Assembly: GCA_963850905.1 (NCBI GenBank)
Contig: CAWKMU010000003.1
Location: forward strand, 704,001-768,000
Reading direction: 5' to 3'
Origin: an uncultured Gemmatimonadales bacterium
GTDB lineage: Bacteria > Gemmatimonadota > Gemmatimonadetes > Gemmatimonadales > Gemmatimonadaceae
DNA: 64,000 nucleotides
Shown: in pieces, positions 9,919 through 20,388 of the stretch
Position numbering within the stretch: the stretch's first letter is position 1
How the letters are laid out: each line of letters starts with the position of its first letter
Translations under genes and position numbers: made by a program
The notes under the pieces: generated by a model
Databases searched by the model: none
The model's input: the letters and a program-made list of their open reading frames with translations, nothing else
What the model was told of the DNA's origin: nothing

Positions 9919-11676
9919 TTAATCTCCGTTGAGCCAGGCTGCCGTCGGCGCGCCCGGCGGTGCGTTCCGCGCAATGTGCGAAGCCATCTCGCGAAGCAAG
10001 TCGGCATTTGTCATCGGCGACCATCCGTGGCCCTTCATCGGGCGCCCGAATCGGAAATCTCCGCCGTACTTCGGATGTGTCTGGCCCTCGAGCTCGTCCT
10101 GCATCATGTATACGGCGAACGCCAGATAGAAGTCGTCCATGTCCCCGCACAGGAGGTGCAGCTTGCCGACGAGGCTGGGCCCGATCTTGGCCCAGTTCTG
10201 GTGCACGTAGTAGCGGAGATCATACCCGTTGTCTCGCATGTAATTCGCGACCGAGCGATCGATGAGGCCCGTCTTGGGATCGAACAACCGCTTCGGGTAG
10301 CCATCATCGCCGATCGGCCCGTAGACCACATTCCACACATCGAACTGCCAGCCGGATCGGCTGTGGGTCCCCGAGGCATACTCCATCTGCTCCATGGCGC
10401 GGGTCGTCGCCATCGGCTGACCGTCAGGGGAATTCATTTGCAGCATACGCTCGGGTGCGCCCGGCGCCGCGTTGGGCTGGGTGTAGTAGCTCGAGTCCGC
10501 GTAGATGTCGACCAGTTGGTACCGGCGGAAATCAATGGGATCCGGATAGAACGTCCACGTGCCGCCGAAGAAGTCCGGATGGTAGAGCTGCAGCGCGAGC
10601 GACTCCCATCCACCGGTCGACCCGCCGCTCAGGACGCGCGCGTACGGCTTCGCGATGATGCGGTAGCGCCGCTCGACCTCCGGGATCAGCTCCTGAATGA
10701 TCGCGTCGCCGTACGGCCCGTCATTCACGGAGTTGACCGCGTACGAGTCGTCGAAGAACTGCGTGGGATGCTGGAACAGCACGACGATCATTCGCGGGAA
10801 TCGGTCCGACACCCACGACTTGTAAAATTCGTATCCGCTCTCCCGCTTCCCGCCTCCTGACCACGGGTGCGCGGACTCGACATTGGACCGGGGATTGGGC
10901 GGCTCCAGGACGACTTCGACCGTGCGTCCCCGCTGGGGCGCCGAATCCTCGGTGAAGCCGTAGGGCGGCTCCAGATTGAAATGATCCTGCAGATAGAGCA
11001 CCGGATAGTGCGTACCCGGATGCTCGTCGTATCCCTTGGGTAGCAGCACGGTGGCGCCGAGATACTGCGGCACGCCACCCCACCACTTGGTGAGCATCGG
11101 GCTTGGCATCTTGAAGTGCTTGACCCACTTCGTGTCGGACGGGAGGTCGACCGGCGGCAGCGCGTGGTCCAGCGCCAGTTTGACGTCGAACCCGGCCGCC
11201 GGATCGAGGCGCACCTTGACCGGCTGGCTCACGAGGTTGCCGGGAGCGTACGCCCATCGTTGGCCATCCCAGTCGCCCTGTCGTGCCCAAATCGTGTGGC
11301 CATCGGCGCGATGGTATTGCGTGTACACGTTGAGCACGGCCTGCACGTAATAGTCGCCCGCCGGCAGGTTGCGCAGGCTCTGGAGCGGATAACTGCTCGC
11401 GCCGGTGCCGACGATCGCCGCCTGCCCTGGCTGTAGCGAATCGACGTCCACGGCAAAGAAAGGCACGCGCGCGACGAAATCACGGGCCGATTGAAACGCC
11501 GCAACCCGCGGCTCGACGTCGTCCCGCGCGTACACGCTCACGAAGACATGTCCTGTGATCGGATGCGCGCTGAGCGTGGCCGGGAAACTGACCTCGAAGC
11601 GCGGGACCGGATGTCCCGTACACCCAATGGTGCCTGCAACACCGGCCAGCAGGGCGATGCGGTATGCCTGCCTCAT
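9919..11676 (-). CDS. Alpha/beta-hydrolase-fold esterase, probable lipoprotein
   Basis: GGSTGG nucleophile elbow, YPVLY and CGDMDDFYL; lipobox TIGC. Confidence 0.85.
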   Translation of the reverse strand: MRQAYRIALLAGVAGTIGCTGHPVPRFEVSFPATLSAHPITGHVFVSVYARDDVEPRVAAFQSARDFVARVPFFAVDVDSLQPGQAAIVGTGASSYPLQSLRNLPAGDYYVQAVLNVYTQYHRADGHTIWARQGDWDGQRWAYAPGNLVSQPVKVRLDPAAGFDVKLALDHALPPVDLPSDTKWVKHFKMPSPMLTKWWGGVPQYLGATVLLPKGYDEHPGTHYPVLYLQDHFNLEPPYGFTEDSAPQRGRTVEVVLEPPNPRSNVESAHPWSGGGKRESGYEFYKSWVSDRFPRMIVVLFQHPTQFFDDSYAVNSVNDGPYGDAIIQELIPEVERRYRIIAKPYARVLSGGSTGGWESLALQLYHPDFFGGTWTFYPDPIDFRRYQLVDIYADSSYYTQPNAAPGAPERMLQMNSPDGQPMATTRAMEQMEYASGTHSRSGWQFDVWNVVYGPIGDDGYPKRLFDPKTGLIDRSVANYMRDNGYDLRYYVHQNWAKIGPSLVGKLHLLCGDMDDFYLAFAVYMMQDELEGQTHPKYGGDFRFGRPMKGHGWSPMTNADLLREMASHIARNAPPGAPTAAWLNGD

Positions 11677-11763
11677 TCGTCGACCCTGATGTTGGAGTCG
11701 GCGCAAATGTACCGTTCCCGCCCCGAGTGTCAAGCATCCGCGCCCGGGGTCACTCCCCGGCGG

Positions 11764-11845
11764 GTAGGGGCTACGCATGCGTCGCCCTCTGGCATGGCCA
11801 CAATGTGTCTACGCACGAAGGGGCGACGCACCGCGTCGCCCCTTC
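11764..11845. repeat. Inverted REP pair (REPIN-like)
   Basis: GTAGGGGCTACGCATGCGTCGCCC at 11764-11787 and inverted GGGCGACGCACCGCGTCGCCCCTTC at 11821-11845. Confidence 0.85.
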
Positions 11846-11869
11846 TCACGTTCTGGTGCTACGCCAGGG

Positions 11870-13240
11870 TTAGTCGGTGAGCCCAGGCACCCGCGGCCCG
11901 CCGCGTCGAGCCACGACCGCCTGCGGAGCGACCACGGCGTGCGACCGCACGCGCGCGGCTGAAAGGCCGTTCCCCGGGACCGGCATCGACGCATTGAACA
12001 GGACGTACGCCGGGAAACTGCCGGTGAGCGTGACGTGCGGCGTCGGTGTCCCGCTCGCGGCGAGCTGCGAGGCCAGGAGCCCGCCGACTTGATGGTTGCC
12101 GAAATCGCCGTACCAGAGGCTGCCCCGCTGGTCCCAGGCGAGTCCCCAAGGCAGCGCCGCCCCGAGATTGAGCGTGATCGACGGCGTGGGGCTCCCGCTC
12201 GCGGCAAGTTGGGTCGGTGCGTAGGCGATGATGGTCCCGCCGCCGTAATTGGCGACCCACAAGTTTCCCGCGGCATCGACCGCCAACCCGGCCGGCACAT
12301 TGAGTGACCCTGCGTGCGCCGATATGATGACGGTCGGCGTCCGGGCCCCCGAGCTCGCCAACTCGGTCGCGGAGAACCTGAGGATCTGGTTGTTGTACGA
12401 CTCCGAGACCCACGCGTTGCCACTGCTGTCGAACACAATGTCCGCCGGGTACGCCAGCGAACCGGACGTGATCTTGATCGAGCCGGTCTGCGTACCACCG
12501 GCAGCGAGCTGCGTCGGAGTGAAGGCCTGTAGCGTCCCCAGCGACAGCAGCCAGAGGTTCCCGCTCGCATCGAAGCGGAGTCCGAGTGCGAACGAGTCCA
12601 CACTGGCGGTCAGTGTGCGCGCAGGCGTGGGGTCGCCGCCGGCCGCGAGCTGCGCCGGACTGTACATGTCGATCTTATGGGAGGACTCATTCGCCACCCA
12701 CAGGTTGCCCGCCGCGTCGAATGCCATCCCATCGGGCTTCGTCAACCCGCCGATCGTATCGGCCGGAGTCGGCGCGCCGCTCGACCGCAGCACGTTCGAT
12801 CCGTAGGCGTAGAGGCTCGTGCCGCCGTCGTTGGATACGAGCATCACGCCGCGCAGCTGCTCGAGCGCATACGTCACGGCGCTGCGGCCGGTGTCGTTCA
12901 AGGTCACGGTGACGCTGGCCGAGACGAAATTCGCGGTGTCCGTGCGGGTGCCGATCACCGAGTCCGGCGTGACGACGGAGTCCGCCGTGACCGTGTACGC
13001 GCCCACCGGCACTTCTGTAAATGTCTGCGACGCGGAAAGCGTCTTGTGAAACGCTTGCGGCCCGGTGACGGACACTGCGCCCGTCACGCCCGTCGGCGTG
13101 GTAATCGTGATCGCGAGCGTCCCGGTTGGAGCGGGACCGGCAGACCCGCCCGCCTTGCTGCCGCACCCCGCGAGGAGAGGGAACACACCGATCATCACTC
13201 CGACAGCCAGGCATTTCGAGGCTTCGAGGGAACGGCACAT
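11870..13240 (-). CDS. NHL-repeat beta-propeller lipoprotein (start uncertain)
   Basis: Five PxGxAFDAxGNLWV-type repeats; lipobox LAGC. Confidence 0.85.
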   Translation of the reverse strand: MCRSLEASKCLAVGVMIGVFPLLAGCGSKAGGSAGPAPTGTLAITITTPTGVTGAVSVTGPQAFHKTLSASQTFTEVPVGAYTVTADSVVTPDSVIGTRTDTANFVSASVTVTLNDTGRSAVTYALEQLRGVMLVSNDGGTSLYAYGSNVLRSSGAPTPADTIGGLTKPDGMAFDAAGNLWVANESSHKIDMYSPAQLAAGGDPTPARTLTASVDSFALGLRFDASGNLWLLSLGTLQAFTPTQLAAGGTQTGSIKITSGSLAYPADIVFDSSGNAWVSESYNNQILRFSATELASSGARTPTVIISAHAGSLNVPAGLAVDAAGNLWVANYGGGTIIAYAPTQLAASGSPTPSITLNLGAALPWGLAWDQRGSLWYGDFGNHQVGGLLASQLAASGTPTPHVTLTGSFPAYVLFNASMPVPGNGLSAARVRSHAVVAPQAVVARRGGPRVPGLTD

Positions 13241-13718
13241 GGCGCACCACCTGGAGATGGTTCGATGGAGACAAACAAGAGGAGCGTGTGCCTTCGAGAC
13301 TCCCTGTCCGGAACGGACGTCACGGTCGGTCATTCCGACCGCGCGGCAAGCACAGCTCGCCGTCCGTAGCGTTCTTGAACCGGGGCGTCGGTTGCCGTTC
13401 CCTGACCCGTGACCCCTGACCCCGCCGTTTAGTGATCTCCTTTTCTTCAGCCTCCTTTCTCGGGGCGCGAAGCGCCCGCAGCAAACCCTTCAGCCCAGAC
13501 AGGTGTCGGTCGCTTGACCGCGGTGAGGTCTCGTCGGCATCGCATCGGCCATCTGGTCGGTCGCCGCGCTGCGTCGCTGGTCTCGAGGCCAGATCCCGCG
13601 TCTCGATCAGCTTCGCATTGATCCGCTCACCCTGGCCCTCGTCGCGGCGACCGACTAGCCCACTCCAACTGTTTGGCAGATAGTCCCCTCTCTCCTCTCT
13701 CCTTTCTCCTTTCTACGC

Positions 13719-13777
13719 TGGCGCGTCAGCGCCCGTCGTGGCGCGTCAGCGCCCGTCGTGGCGCGTCAGCGCCCGTC
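13719..13777 (+). repeat. 20-bp tandem repeat x3
   Basis: GCGCGTCAGCGCCCGTCGTG at 13721, 13741 and 13761 (partial), preceded by a TCTCCTT-type heptamer tract. Confidence 0.95.
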
Positions 13778-13835
13778 CCCCCATGTTTGTCGGACGTCCA
13801 TCGTGCTCCAAACCCCCAATGAGAAGGAAGCAACC

Positions 13836-15905
13836 ATGACATCCCTGTATCCGGCTAGTCGCTGGATGCGGCGACCGACCGCCGGCACCGCTGCGCGAGC
13901 GCTCTCGGTCGCGATCGCGGCCGTGATCGCGACGGCGTGCGCGCATCCGAATGCGTCGACAGGAAGCGTGGCGCCGTCGGGCGCTGCGAACAAGGCAAAT
14001 ACCGCGGGATCGGACCTCTGCGCCGTCGACAACTGCGACCGCTCGTCGATCGCGCCCAACCCTGACCCGCGCGTCGGCCTCAAAGCCGGGAAGTTCGACG
14101 CAGGCGAGGCCGAGTGGAACATGCACCTCGTGTCCAACTCGCGCCCCACGCCGGATTTCAATGGCAAGACCAACTCGGACCTGGCGTTCCTCGGCAACTA
14201 CGTGATTCAGGGGAGCTACGAGGGGTTCCAGGTCTGGGACATCTCCAACCCGGTCCACCCCACGTTGAAGACCGCGTACATCTGCCCGGCATCGCAGAGC
14301 GATGTGTCGGTCTACAAGAACCTCCTGTTTGAATCGGCTGAGGCACCGACCGCGCGCCTGGATTGCGGCACCGAGGCGCCCAAGGACACGGTGAGCAAGG
14401 AGCGCATCCGCGGCGTCCGTATCTGGGACATCAGCGACATCATGCACCCGAAGAACATCGCCAACGTCCAGACGTGCCGGGGATCGCACACGCATACGCT
14501 CCTGGCTGACCCGAAGGACCCCGACAACATCTACATCTACATCTCGGGCTCGTCCGTCATCCGGTCGCCGAGCGAGCTGGCTGGCTGCGTGGGCGGGGAT
14601 CCGGACAAGGATCCCAACTCGGCGTTGTTCCGCATCGAGGTCATCAAGGTCCCGCTCGCACATCCCGAGCAGGCCGCCATCGTGAGCTCGCCCCGCATCT
14701 TCGAGGGCTTGCCACAGGTCCCGTCGCATGGTCTGGCGCCGCAGGATGTCGCCGATGTCCAGACGGCAAAGGCGAAGGGTGGCTACGTCATCACGATGGG
14801 CGGCGACCAGATGATCGTGCCGGACCAGTTCGTGAAGACCCTGCTGGACTCCGCGGTCGCGAAACGCGGCGGCACTGGCGCGCCGACGCACGAGGACAGT
14901 GCGTATCTGCACCAGAACATCCAGGCGATGGTCACCAAGATGTTCGGCGGCGGTGGTGGTGGCCCGCGCGTCCTCGGCACCAGCTGCCACGACATCACCG
15001 TGTATCCGGAGATCGGTCTGGCCGGCGGCGCCTGCCAGGGACACGGACTGCTCCTCGACATCAGTGATCCCGCCCATCCGGTGCGCATCGATGCCGTGGC
15101 CGACTCCAACTTCTCCTTCTGGCACTCGGCCACGCTCAACAACGACGGCACCAAGATCCTGTTCTCCGACGAGTGGGGCGGCGGCGGCGCACCCAAGTGC
15201 CGAGCGACCGACCCGCGCGCGTGGGGAGCGGACGCGATCTTCACGATCGAGAATCGGAAGATGGTGTTCCAGGGCTACTACAAGCTGCCGGCACCGCAGA
15301 CCCCTGAGGAGAACTGTGTCGCGCACAATGGCTCGCTCATCCCGGTGCCTGGCCGCGACATCATGGTGCAGGCGTGGTATCAGGGCGGCGTGTCGGTGTT
15401 CGATTGGACGAATCCCAAGAGGCCAATCGAGATCGCCTTCTTCGACCGCGGTCCGATCGATGCGACCCGCATGGAGATGGGCGGCAGCTGGTCAGCGTAC
15501 TGGTACAACGGGTACGTCATCAGCTCCGAGATCGCGCGTGGCCTGGACATTATGGAGCTCAAGCCCAGCGCCTTGCTCTCGCAGAACGAGATCGACGCGG
15601 CCAAGCTCGTCCACTTCGATGTGTTCAACACGCAGGGGCAGCCCAAGCTCGCGTGGCCGGCGAGTTTCGTCGTAGCTCGCGCGTACGTCGACCAGCTCGC
15701 TCGATCCAACGGCCTCTCGGCCGACAAGGTCGCGAGTGTCCGCCAGTCGCTTGCGAGTGCCGAGCAAGCGTCCGGTGCAGCGCGCAGCAGTGCATTGACC
15801 CAGCTCGCGACGCAGTTGGACGGTGATGCGTCGAGCGCTGGCGACCCCGCGAAGGTCCGTACGCTCGCGACCCAAGTCCGAACCCTGGCAACGGCGTCGA
15901 ATTAA
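13836..15905 (+). CDS. LVIVD-repeat lipoprotein
   Basis: Repeated xxWDISxPxxP units, CHDITV and FWHSA; lipobox ATAC; AAGGAAG RBS before ATG 13836. Confidence 0.85.
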   Translation: MTSLYPASRWMRRPTAGTAARALSVAIAAVIATACAHPNASTGSVAPSGAANKANTAGSDLCAVDNCDRSSIAPNPDPRVGLKAGKFDAGEAEWNMHLVSNSRPTPDFNGKTNSDLAFLGNYVIQGSYEGFQVWDISNPVHPTLKTAYICPASQSDVSVYKNLLFESAEAPTARLDCGTEAPKDTVSKERIRGVRIWDISDIMHPKNIANVQTCRGSHTHTLLADPKDPDNIYIYISGSSVIRSPSELAGCVGGDPDKDPNSALFRIEVIKVPLAHPEQAAIVSSPRIFEGLPQVPSHGLAPQDVADVQTAKAKGGYVITMGGDQMIVPDQFVKTLLDSAVAKRGGTGAPTHEDSAYLHQNIQAMVTKMFGGGGGGPRVLGTSCHDITVYPEIGLAGGACQGHGLLLDISDPAHPVRIDAVADSNFSFWHSATLNNDGTKILFSDEWGGGGAPKCRATDPRAWGADAIFTIENRKMVFQGYYKLPAPQTPEENCVAHNGSLIPVPGRDIMVQAWYQGGVSVFDWTNPKRPIEIAFFDRGPIDATRMEMGGSWSAYWYNGYVISSEIARGLDIMELKPSALLSQNEIDAAKLVHFDVFNTQGQPKLAWPASFVVARAYVDQLARSNGLSADKVASVRQSLASAEQASGAARSSALTQLATQLDGDASSAGDPAKVRTLATQVRTLATASN

Positions 15906-15917
15906 CCTCTAACTACT

Positions 15918-16117
15918 GGGTCAGGGGTCAGGGGAAAACCTGCAAGGCCGGTCACAGCGCACCGTGACCGGCCTTGGACCGGTAGGGGCGACGCTGTGCG
16001 TCGCCCGTTGGTGTGGTTGCGGTTGTCGTTCCCTGACCCCGCCTTTTGCCGCCCGACCCCTGGCCTCGCCGTTAGCGTCCGACCCCCCGCGGGTGGGGGC
16101 GACGCCATGCGTCGCCC
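15918..16117 (+). repeat. Modular intergenic element with REP, plus a second REP
   Basis: GGGGTCA array, hairpin 15944-15975, REP 15982-16006, GTTG linker and TGACCCC; variant REP at 16093-16117. Confidence 0.9.
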
Positions 16118-16185
16118 GCGGACTGCCCGCGCCGATCCGGTGGTGTCCGACACCGCGCGGCACCATCCCCGGGGATCGCGTCAAA

Positions 16186-17535
16186 TCACGCGAGAGAATC
16201 CCGACTTTTCGATGAGAGTCCGAGGCTGCGCAAGAGGAGCAGGACTCCAGCGGCGCAGAGCGCGAGACCGGCCACCCCGAAAAAGGTGATGCTCATGCCG
16301 CCGGTGGTGTCTTTGAGCTTGCCGGCGATTGCAGGTCCGAGAATACCACCGAAGTTGCCGGCGACACTCACGAGCGCAATGCCGGCAGCAGCCGCGGTCC
16401 CACTCAAGATCATCGGCGGAATGCACCAGAAGGGGCCGAAGACGGAGCATTGCGCAATCGACGCAATCGCGAGGCCCACCACCGGCCCCCACGGACGCGG
16501 CAACAGCGCAGCGCTCGCGTAGCCCGTCGCGATGAGCACCGCGCTCAGCGCGGGATGAAAAAACCGCTCGTTGGCCCGGTCGGAGCTCGCGCCACCGACG
16601 AGCATCCCAATGGCGGCGAGCACGCCGACCGCGCTGATGATCAAGCCGGTGACGAGGTTCGTCGAATGGAGTGCGTCGCGGATGACGATGGGTGCCCAGA
16701 AGAAATACACATACCCACTGAGCAGGACGCAAAACCACACCACCGCGACGAGATAGATGATCGGGTTGCTGAGGACTCGCCCAAGATCCTGCCGCCACGT
16801 GCCGCGCTCTCCGGTGTGTTCGCTCGAGATCCGCTGGGTAAGCCAGAGCCGCTGCTCATCCGAAAGCCACCGCGCATCATCGATCCGGTCGGGCAGATAT
16901 ATCAAGACCGCGATCCCGAGGAGCACCGCGGGGATGCCCTCGATCAGGAAGAGCCACTGCCAGCCCTGCAGGCGAAACGCCCCGTTGAGCCCCAGGAGCA
17001 ACCCGCCGAGCGCGCCACCCACAGCAAAGGAGAGCGGAACCGCCATCATGAACCGGGCGACGGCTCGGGCGCGGTGCGCTGCAGGAAACCAACCACCGAG
17101 GTAGTACATGATCCCGGGGAGGAAGCCCGCTTCCGCAGCGCCCAGGATGAATCGGAGCACGTAGAACTGGATCGGCGTTCGGACAAACATCATCGCCGTC
17201 GCGATCACACCCCAGCTGATCATGATGCGTCCGATCCAACGTCGCGCGCCCACCCGAGCGAGGATCAGATTGCTCGGAACATCGAAGAGACAGTAGCCGA
17301 CGAAGAACACGCTCGCGCCGAACCCGTACACGGTCGCGCTGAACTTGAGGTCGCGGTTCATCGTCAACGCCGCGAGCGCGACGTTGGACCGATCGAGATA
17401 GTTGACGATGTAGAGGGTGAACAAGAACGGGAGGAGCCGCTGGCTGACGCGACGCATCGTCGCGCGTGCCAGCTCCGAGTCGCCCTGGGTGTCGGCTCCT
17501 GTCGCGGGGACCGCTACCGCGATGCCGGAAGACAT
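16186..17535 (-). CDS. MFS transporter (anion:cation symporter family, TtuB-like)
   Basis: NYLDRSNV, VPSNLILARVGARRW, GAAEAGFLPG and GWQWLFLIEG motifs. Confidence 0.92.
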   Translation of the reverse strand: MSSGIAVAVPATGADTQGDSELARATMRRVSQRLLPFLFTLYIVNYLDRSNVALAALTMNRDLKFSATVYGFGASVFFVGYCLFDVPSNLILARVGARRWIGRIMISWGVIATAMMFVRTPIQFYVLRFILGAAEAGFLPGIMYYLGGWFPAAHRARAVARFMMAVPLSFAVGGALGGLLLGLNGAFRLQGWQWLFLIEGIPAVLLGIAVLIYLPDRIDDARWLSDEQRLWLTQRISSEHTGERGTWRQDLGRVLSNPIIYLVAVVWFCVLLSGYVYFFWAPIVIRDALHSTNLVTGLIISAVGVLAAIGMLVGGASSDRANERFFHPALSAVLIATGYASAALLPRPWGPVVGLAIASIAQCSVFGPFWCIPPMILSGTAAAAGIALVSVAGNFGGILGPAIAGKLKDTTGGMSITFFGVAGLALCAAGVLLLLRSLGLSSKSRDSLA

Positions 17536-17695
17536 GGTCGTCTGGGGTCGAGTGTAAAGCGATCGCCCCCGCACCGGAGCGCGCGCTCCCATCATGTGCT
17601 TGCGCAGTGATGGGCACAAGGCACGGGCAGTCGCTGTCTGCCGTCGCTGCGTTACTCGCTCGACCGCTCTGGCGACTATGCGCGATCAGGCGCGA

Positions 17696-17826
17696 TACAA
17701 ATCGAAAGGCCGGTCACGGTGCGCTGTGACCGGCCTCGGACCGGTAGGGGCGACGCATTGCGTCGCCCGCTGTTGTCGTTGCGGTTGCAGTTACCCCAAA
17801 TCCCAAACCCCAAACCCCAGACCCGC
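17696..17826 (+). repeat. Modular intergenic element with REP
   Basis: ACAAATCGAA linker, hairpin 17707-17736, REP 17744-17768 and CCCCAAA heptamers. Confidence 0.9.
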
Positions 17827-17834
17827 CCTTGGCG

Positions 17835-19277
17835 TCACGGCTGCGCGGCTGTCTTGCCGGCCACCGGTCTCGCACCCGGCGGCCCATGATCCCAGTCCTG
17901 CGCGCTCGAGATGTTCGGCATCCCCCAATCTTCGCCATTCCAGCCGTTGAACCCATCGAGCTTGAAGAACCAGGCGCCGGTGTTGGAGTCCGTGATCATG
18001 ATGAGCCCGTCGGTGTTTCGCACCATCACCCCGAACGCGCCGTTGTACACGCTCTGACCGGAGAAATCCGGCGTGCCGCCATAGCCCGAGTTGTGCGTGC
18101 ACTCACAGGTGTAGTACCAGCCCTTGGTCCTCGGGTGCGCCGGATCCTGCATGTTGAAGATCTGCAGCCCGTCCTCGTAGGCCGACACGAACACGTACGG
18201 CCAGCGGACTTCGTGGTTGTGGGCGAGATCGTTCCAGTCCGCATTCCACACCGCCACAGGCTGCGTGATCGCCTGCACCTTGCCCTCGAGCCCCGGGCGG
18301 AGATCGAAGATACGCAGCGGCGCCCACTGATACTCCGTCTCCGTCACCGCGAAGTTGCCGTCGGGCGTCGGCGTGAACGTGTGGCCCCACGCGATCCCGG
18401 CAGGTCCGACGATCGAGGTGATGAGCTTCGGCTCTTCCGGCTTGCGTGACATCGTAGACGTAGTACCCGCCACCGCCCGCGCCGTAGAACTTGTCCTGCG
18501 CACGTCGCCGGATCGTAGCCCACGTAGAAGTCGTGGTATCCTTGCAGCAGGATCTGCACGTTGGCAAATCCGGGCAGCACCTCGCCGCGCGCGTTGTTGG
18601 GCGGGACGGGGACCGTGCCGATCAGCTGGTGGTCCGTATCGCCCGCGAGCACCTTGTCCATGTCGTAGACGTTCGCGACGTTCGATGTCGTCGTCGTGAA
18701 CAGCAGCACGCGCCCGTCCGAGTGCTTGTACGCGAACAGGTTGTGGAATCCGCCCGGGGTCTCCGGTGCGCGGATGCGCGCCACGACTTTGACCTTGCTC
18801 GTGTCCGGCAAGCCCGTGACATCGAAGATGATCGCGCCGAGGTCGGCGTCCGGCGTGCCCTGCGCGAACTGGATGCATACGGCGACGTAGTACCGCCCGT
18901 GCAGCTTGAAGTACTTGGCGCGGAGCCCGCCGAGTCCCCGGTGCAGGCTCACGTTCTCGATCTGCCAGCGGTACAGCACCTTCACGTTGTTGAGATCGTG
19001 CAGGTCGATGATCGGAGAACCCGGCCCGTTCGCGCGACTGGGCGACATACGCGTACGGCCGCGACAGCTCCTGCTCCAGATCTGCATCCGTCACACGGAA
19101 ATAACCGCCGAGCGGGACGTGCGAAACGAGATGCACGTTCGAGCTGCCGCCAACCTTGTCGGGCAGGCCGCCATCGGGTGGCGGCGGGGCGCCGGGGTGT
19201 TGGGCCACCGCGCCCAATGCCGCCGCCATCAGGCCGGCCGCCAGTCCAACACGTAACCATCCTGTGTGCCTGCGCAT
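17835..19277 (-). CDS. Secreted LVIVD-repeat protein, three apparent frameshifts
   Basis: A continuous protein can be stitched from three frames (junctions near 19015, 18500 and 18445): IIDLHDL, IIFDVTGL, YVYDV, LRIFDL and HNHEVRWPY. Confidence 0.8.
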   Translation of the reverse strand: MRRHTGWLRVGLAAGLMAAALGAVAQHPGAPPPPDGGLPDKVGGSSNVHLVSHVPLGGYFRVTDADLEQELSRPYAYVAQSRERAGFSDHRPARSQQREGAVPLADREREPAPGTRRAPRQVLQAARAVLRRRMHPVRAGHAGRRPRRDHLRCHGLAGHEQGQSRGAHPRTGDPGRIPQPVRVQALGRARAAVHDDDIERRERLRHGQGARGRYGPPADRHGPRPAQQRARRGAARICQRADPAARIPRLLRGLRSGDVRRTSSTARAVAGTTSTMSRKPEEPKLITSIVGPAGIAWGHTFTPTPDGNFAVTETEYQWAPLRIFDLRPGLEGKVQAITQPVAVWNADWNDLAHNHEVRWPYVFVSAYEDGLQIFNMQDPAHPRTKGWYYTCECTHNSGYGGTPDFSGQSVYNGAFGVMVRNTDGLIMITDSNTGAWFFKLDGFNGWNGEDWGMPNISSAQDWDHGPPGARPVAGKTAAQP

Positions 19278-19617
19278 ACGCCTTCCTCGTCGGTGGGGTT
19301 GAGTCGTCGCCGAGACCGGGTGCCGATGATTGGGCCTGCAACGGTACTGCGGACAGGCCGGGCGCGCTAGGCGATGGCGGGTCGTACGAACGGGGCAAAG
19401 ACGCGCATGGGAGTCCTGATCTCGCCTCGACGTGGCCGCGACGAAAGCGACCCATCACCGTCACCCGTCACTCCTCACCCGGTCGGTGCGCTGCTCGATC
19501 GTTGGCACGACCACTGCGACCATGGTAGACTGGCCAGCCGCGAGACGGTCGCCAACGTTTAGACGGAGACGCTGCGTTCAACCGGTGATTGGGTTGCCCG
19601 GCCTGACTGATGGCCAC

Positions 19618-20298
19618 ATGACACGCCTCGCGTGCGAGGCGCTGCTGTTCGATTTGGACGGTGTCCTGGTCGACTCGACAGCGTGCATCGAAGAGATGTG
19701 GCGGCAATGGTCTGCACAGCATGGTCTCGACCCCGCCGGTGTGCTGGGCCTGGCCCACGGCCGGCGCGCGCTCGAGATCGTGCGAATCGCGGCGCCGCAC
19801 CTGAACCCGGCTACCGAAATGGCGACGCTGGTCGCCGCAGAGGCCCGGGTGACAGCCGGCATCTGCGAGGTGAAAGGCGCGCGCGAGTTGCTCGACGGCC
19901 TCCCGCCCGACCGTTGGGCCGTCGTTACATCCGGGGTGCGCGCGGTGGCCGTGCACCGGCTGCGGTATGTCGGACTCCCGGTGCCGGCCGTGATGGTCTG
20001 CGCCGATGAGGTGCGCTCCGGCAAGCCAGATCCCGAAGGGTATCTCGCCGCAGCCGCCCGCCTGGGCCGCGCGCCGCACGACTGTATCGTCGTCGAGGAC
20101 GCACCCCTCGGTGTCGAGGCCGCGCAGGCCGGGGGCATGCGCGCCATCGCGGTCGCGACCACGTTCCCGCCCGACGCGTTCTCCGGCCACACGGCGATCG
20201 TCCGCGCACTGCGCGCGTTGACCCTGCACGTTCACAACGACGAAGGCGCACCTCACCTCGAGATCGAAGTGGCATCGGAGGTCACCGCTCTCGCGTAA
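19618..20298 (+). CDS. HAD-IA family phosphatase (sugar-phosphatase-like)
   Basis: FDLDGVLVDS, GKPDPEGY and VVEDAPLG motifs. Confidence 0.92.
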   Translation: MTRLACEALLFDLDGVLVDSTACIEEMWRQWSAQHGLDPAGVLGLAHGRRALEIVRIAAPHLNPATEMATLVAAEARVTAGICEVKGARELLDGLPPDRWAVVTSGVRAVAVHRLRYVGLPVPAVMVCADEVRSGKPDPEGYLAAAARLGRAPHDCIVVEDAPLGVEAAQAGGMRAIAVATTFPPDAFSGHTAIVRALRALTLHVHNDEGAPHLEIEVASEVTALA

Positions 20299-20388
20299 CT
20301 CGCCGCTGATGACGATGTTTGAGAGGCCGATGTCTCCTTTCTCCTTTCTGTACTTCTCCTTTCTATCGCGCGCCAGCGCGATCCGGGG

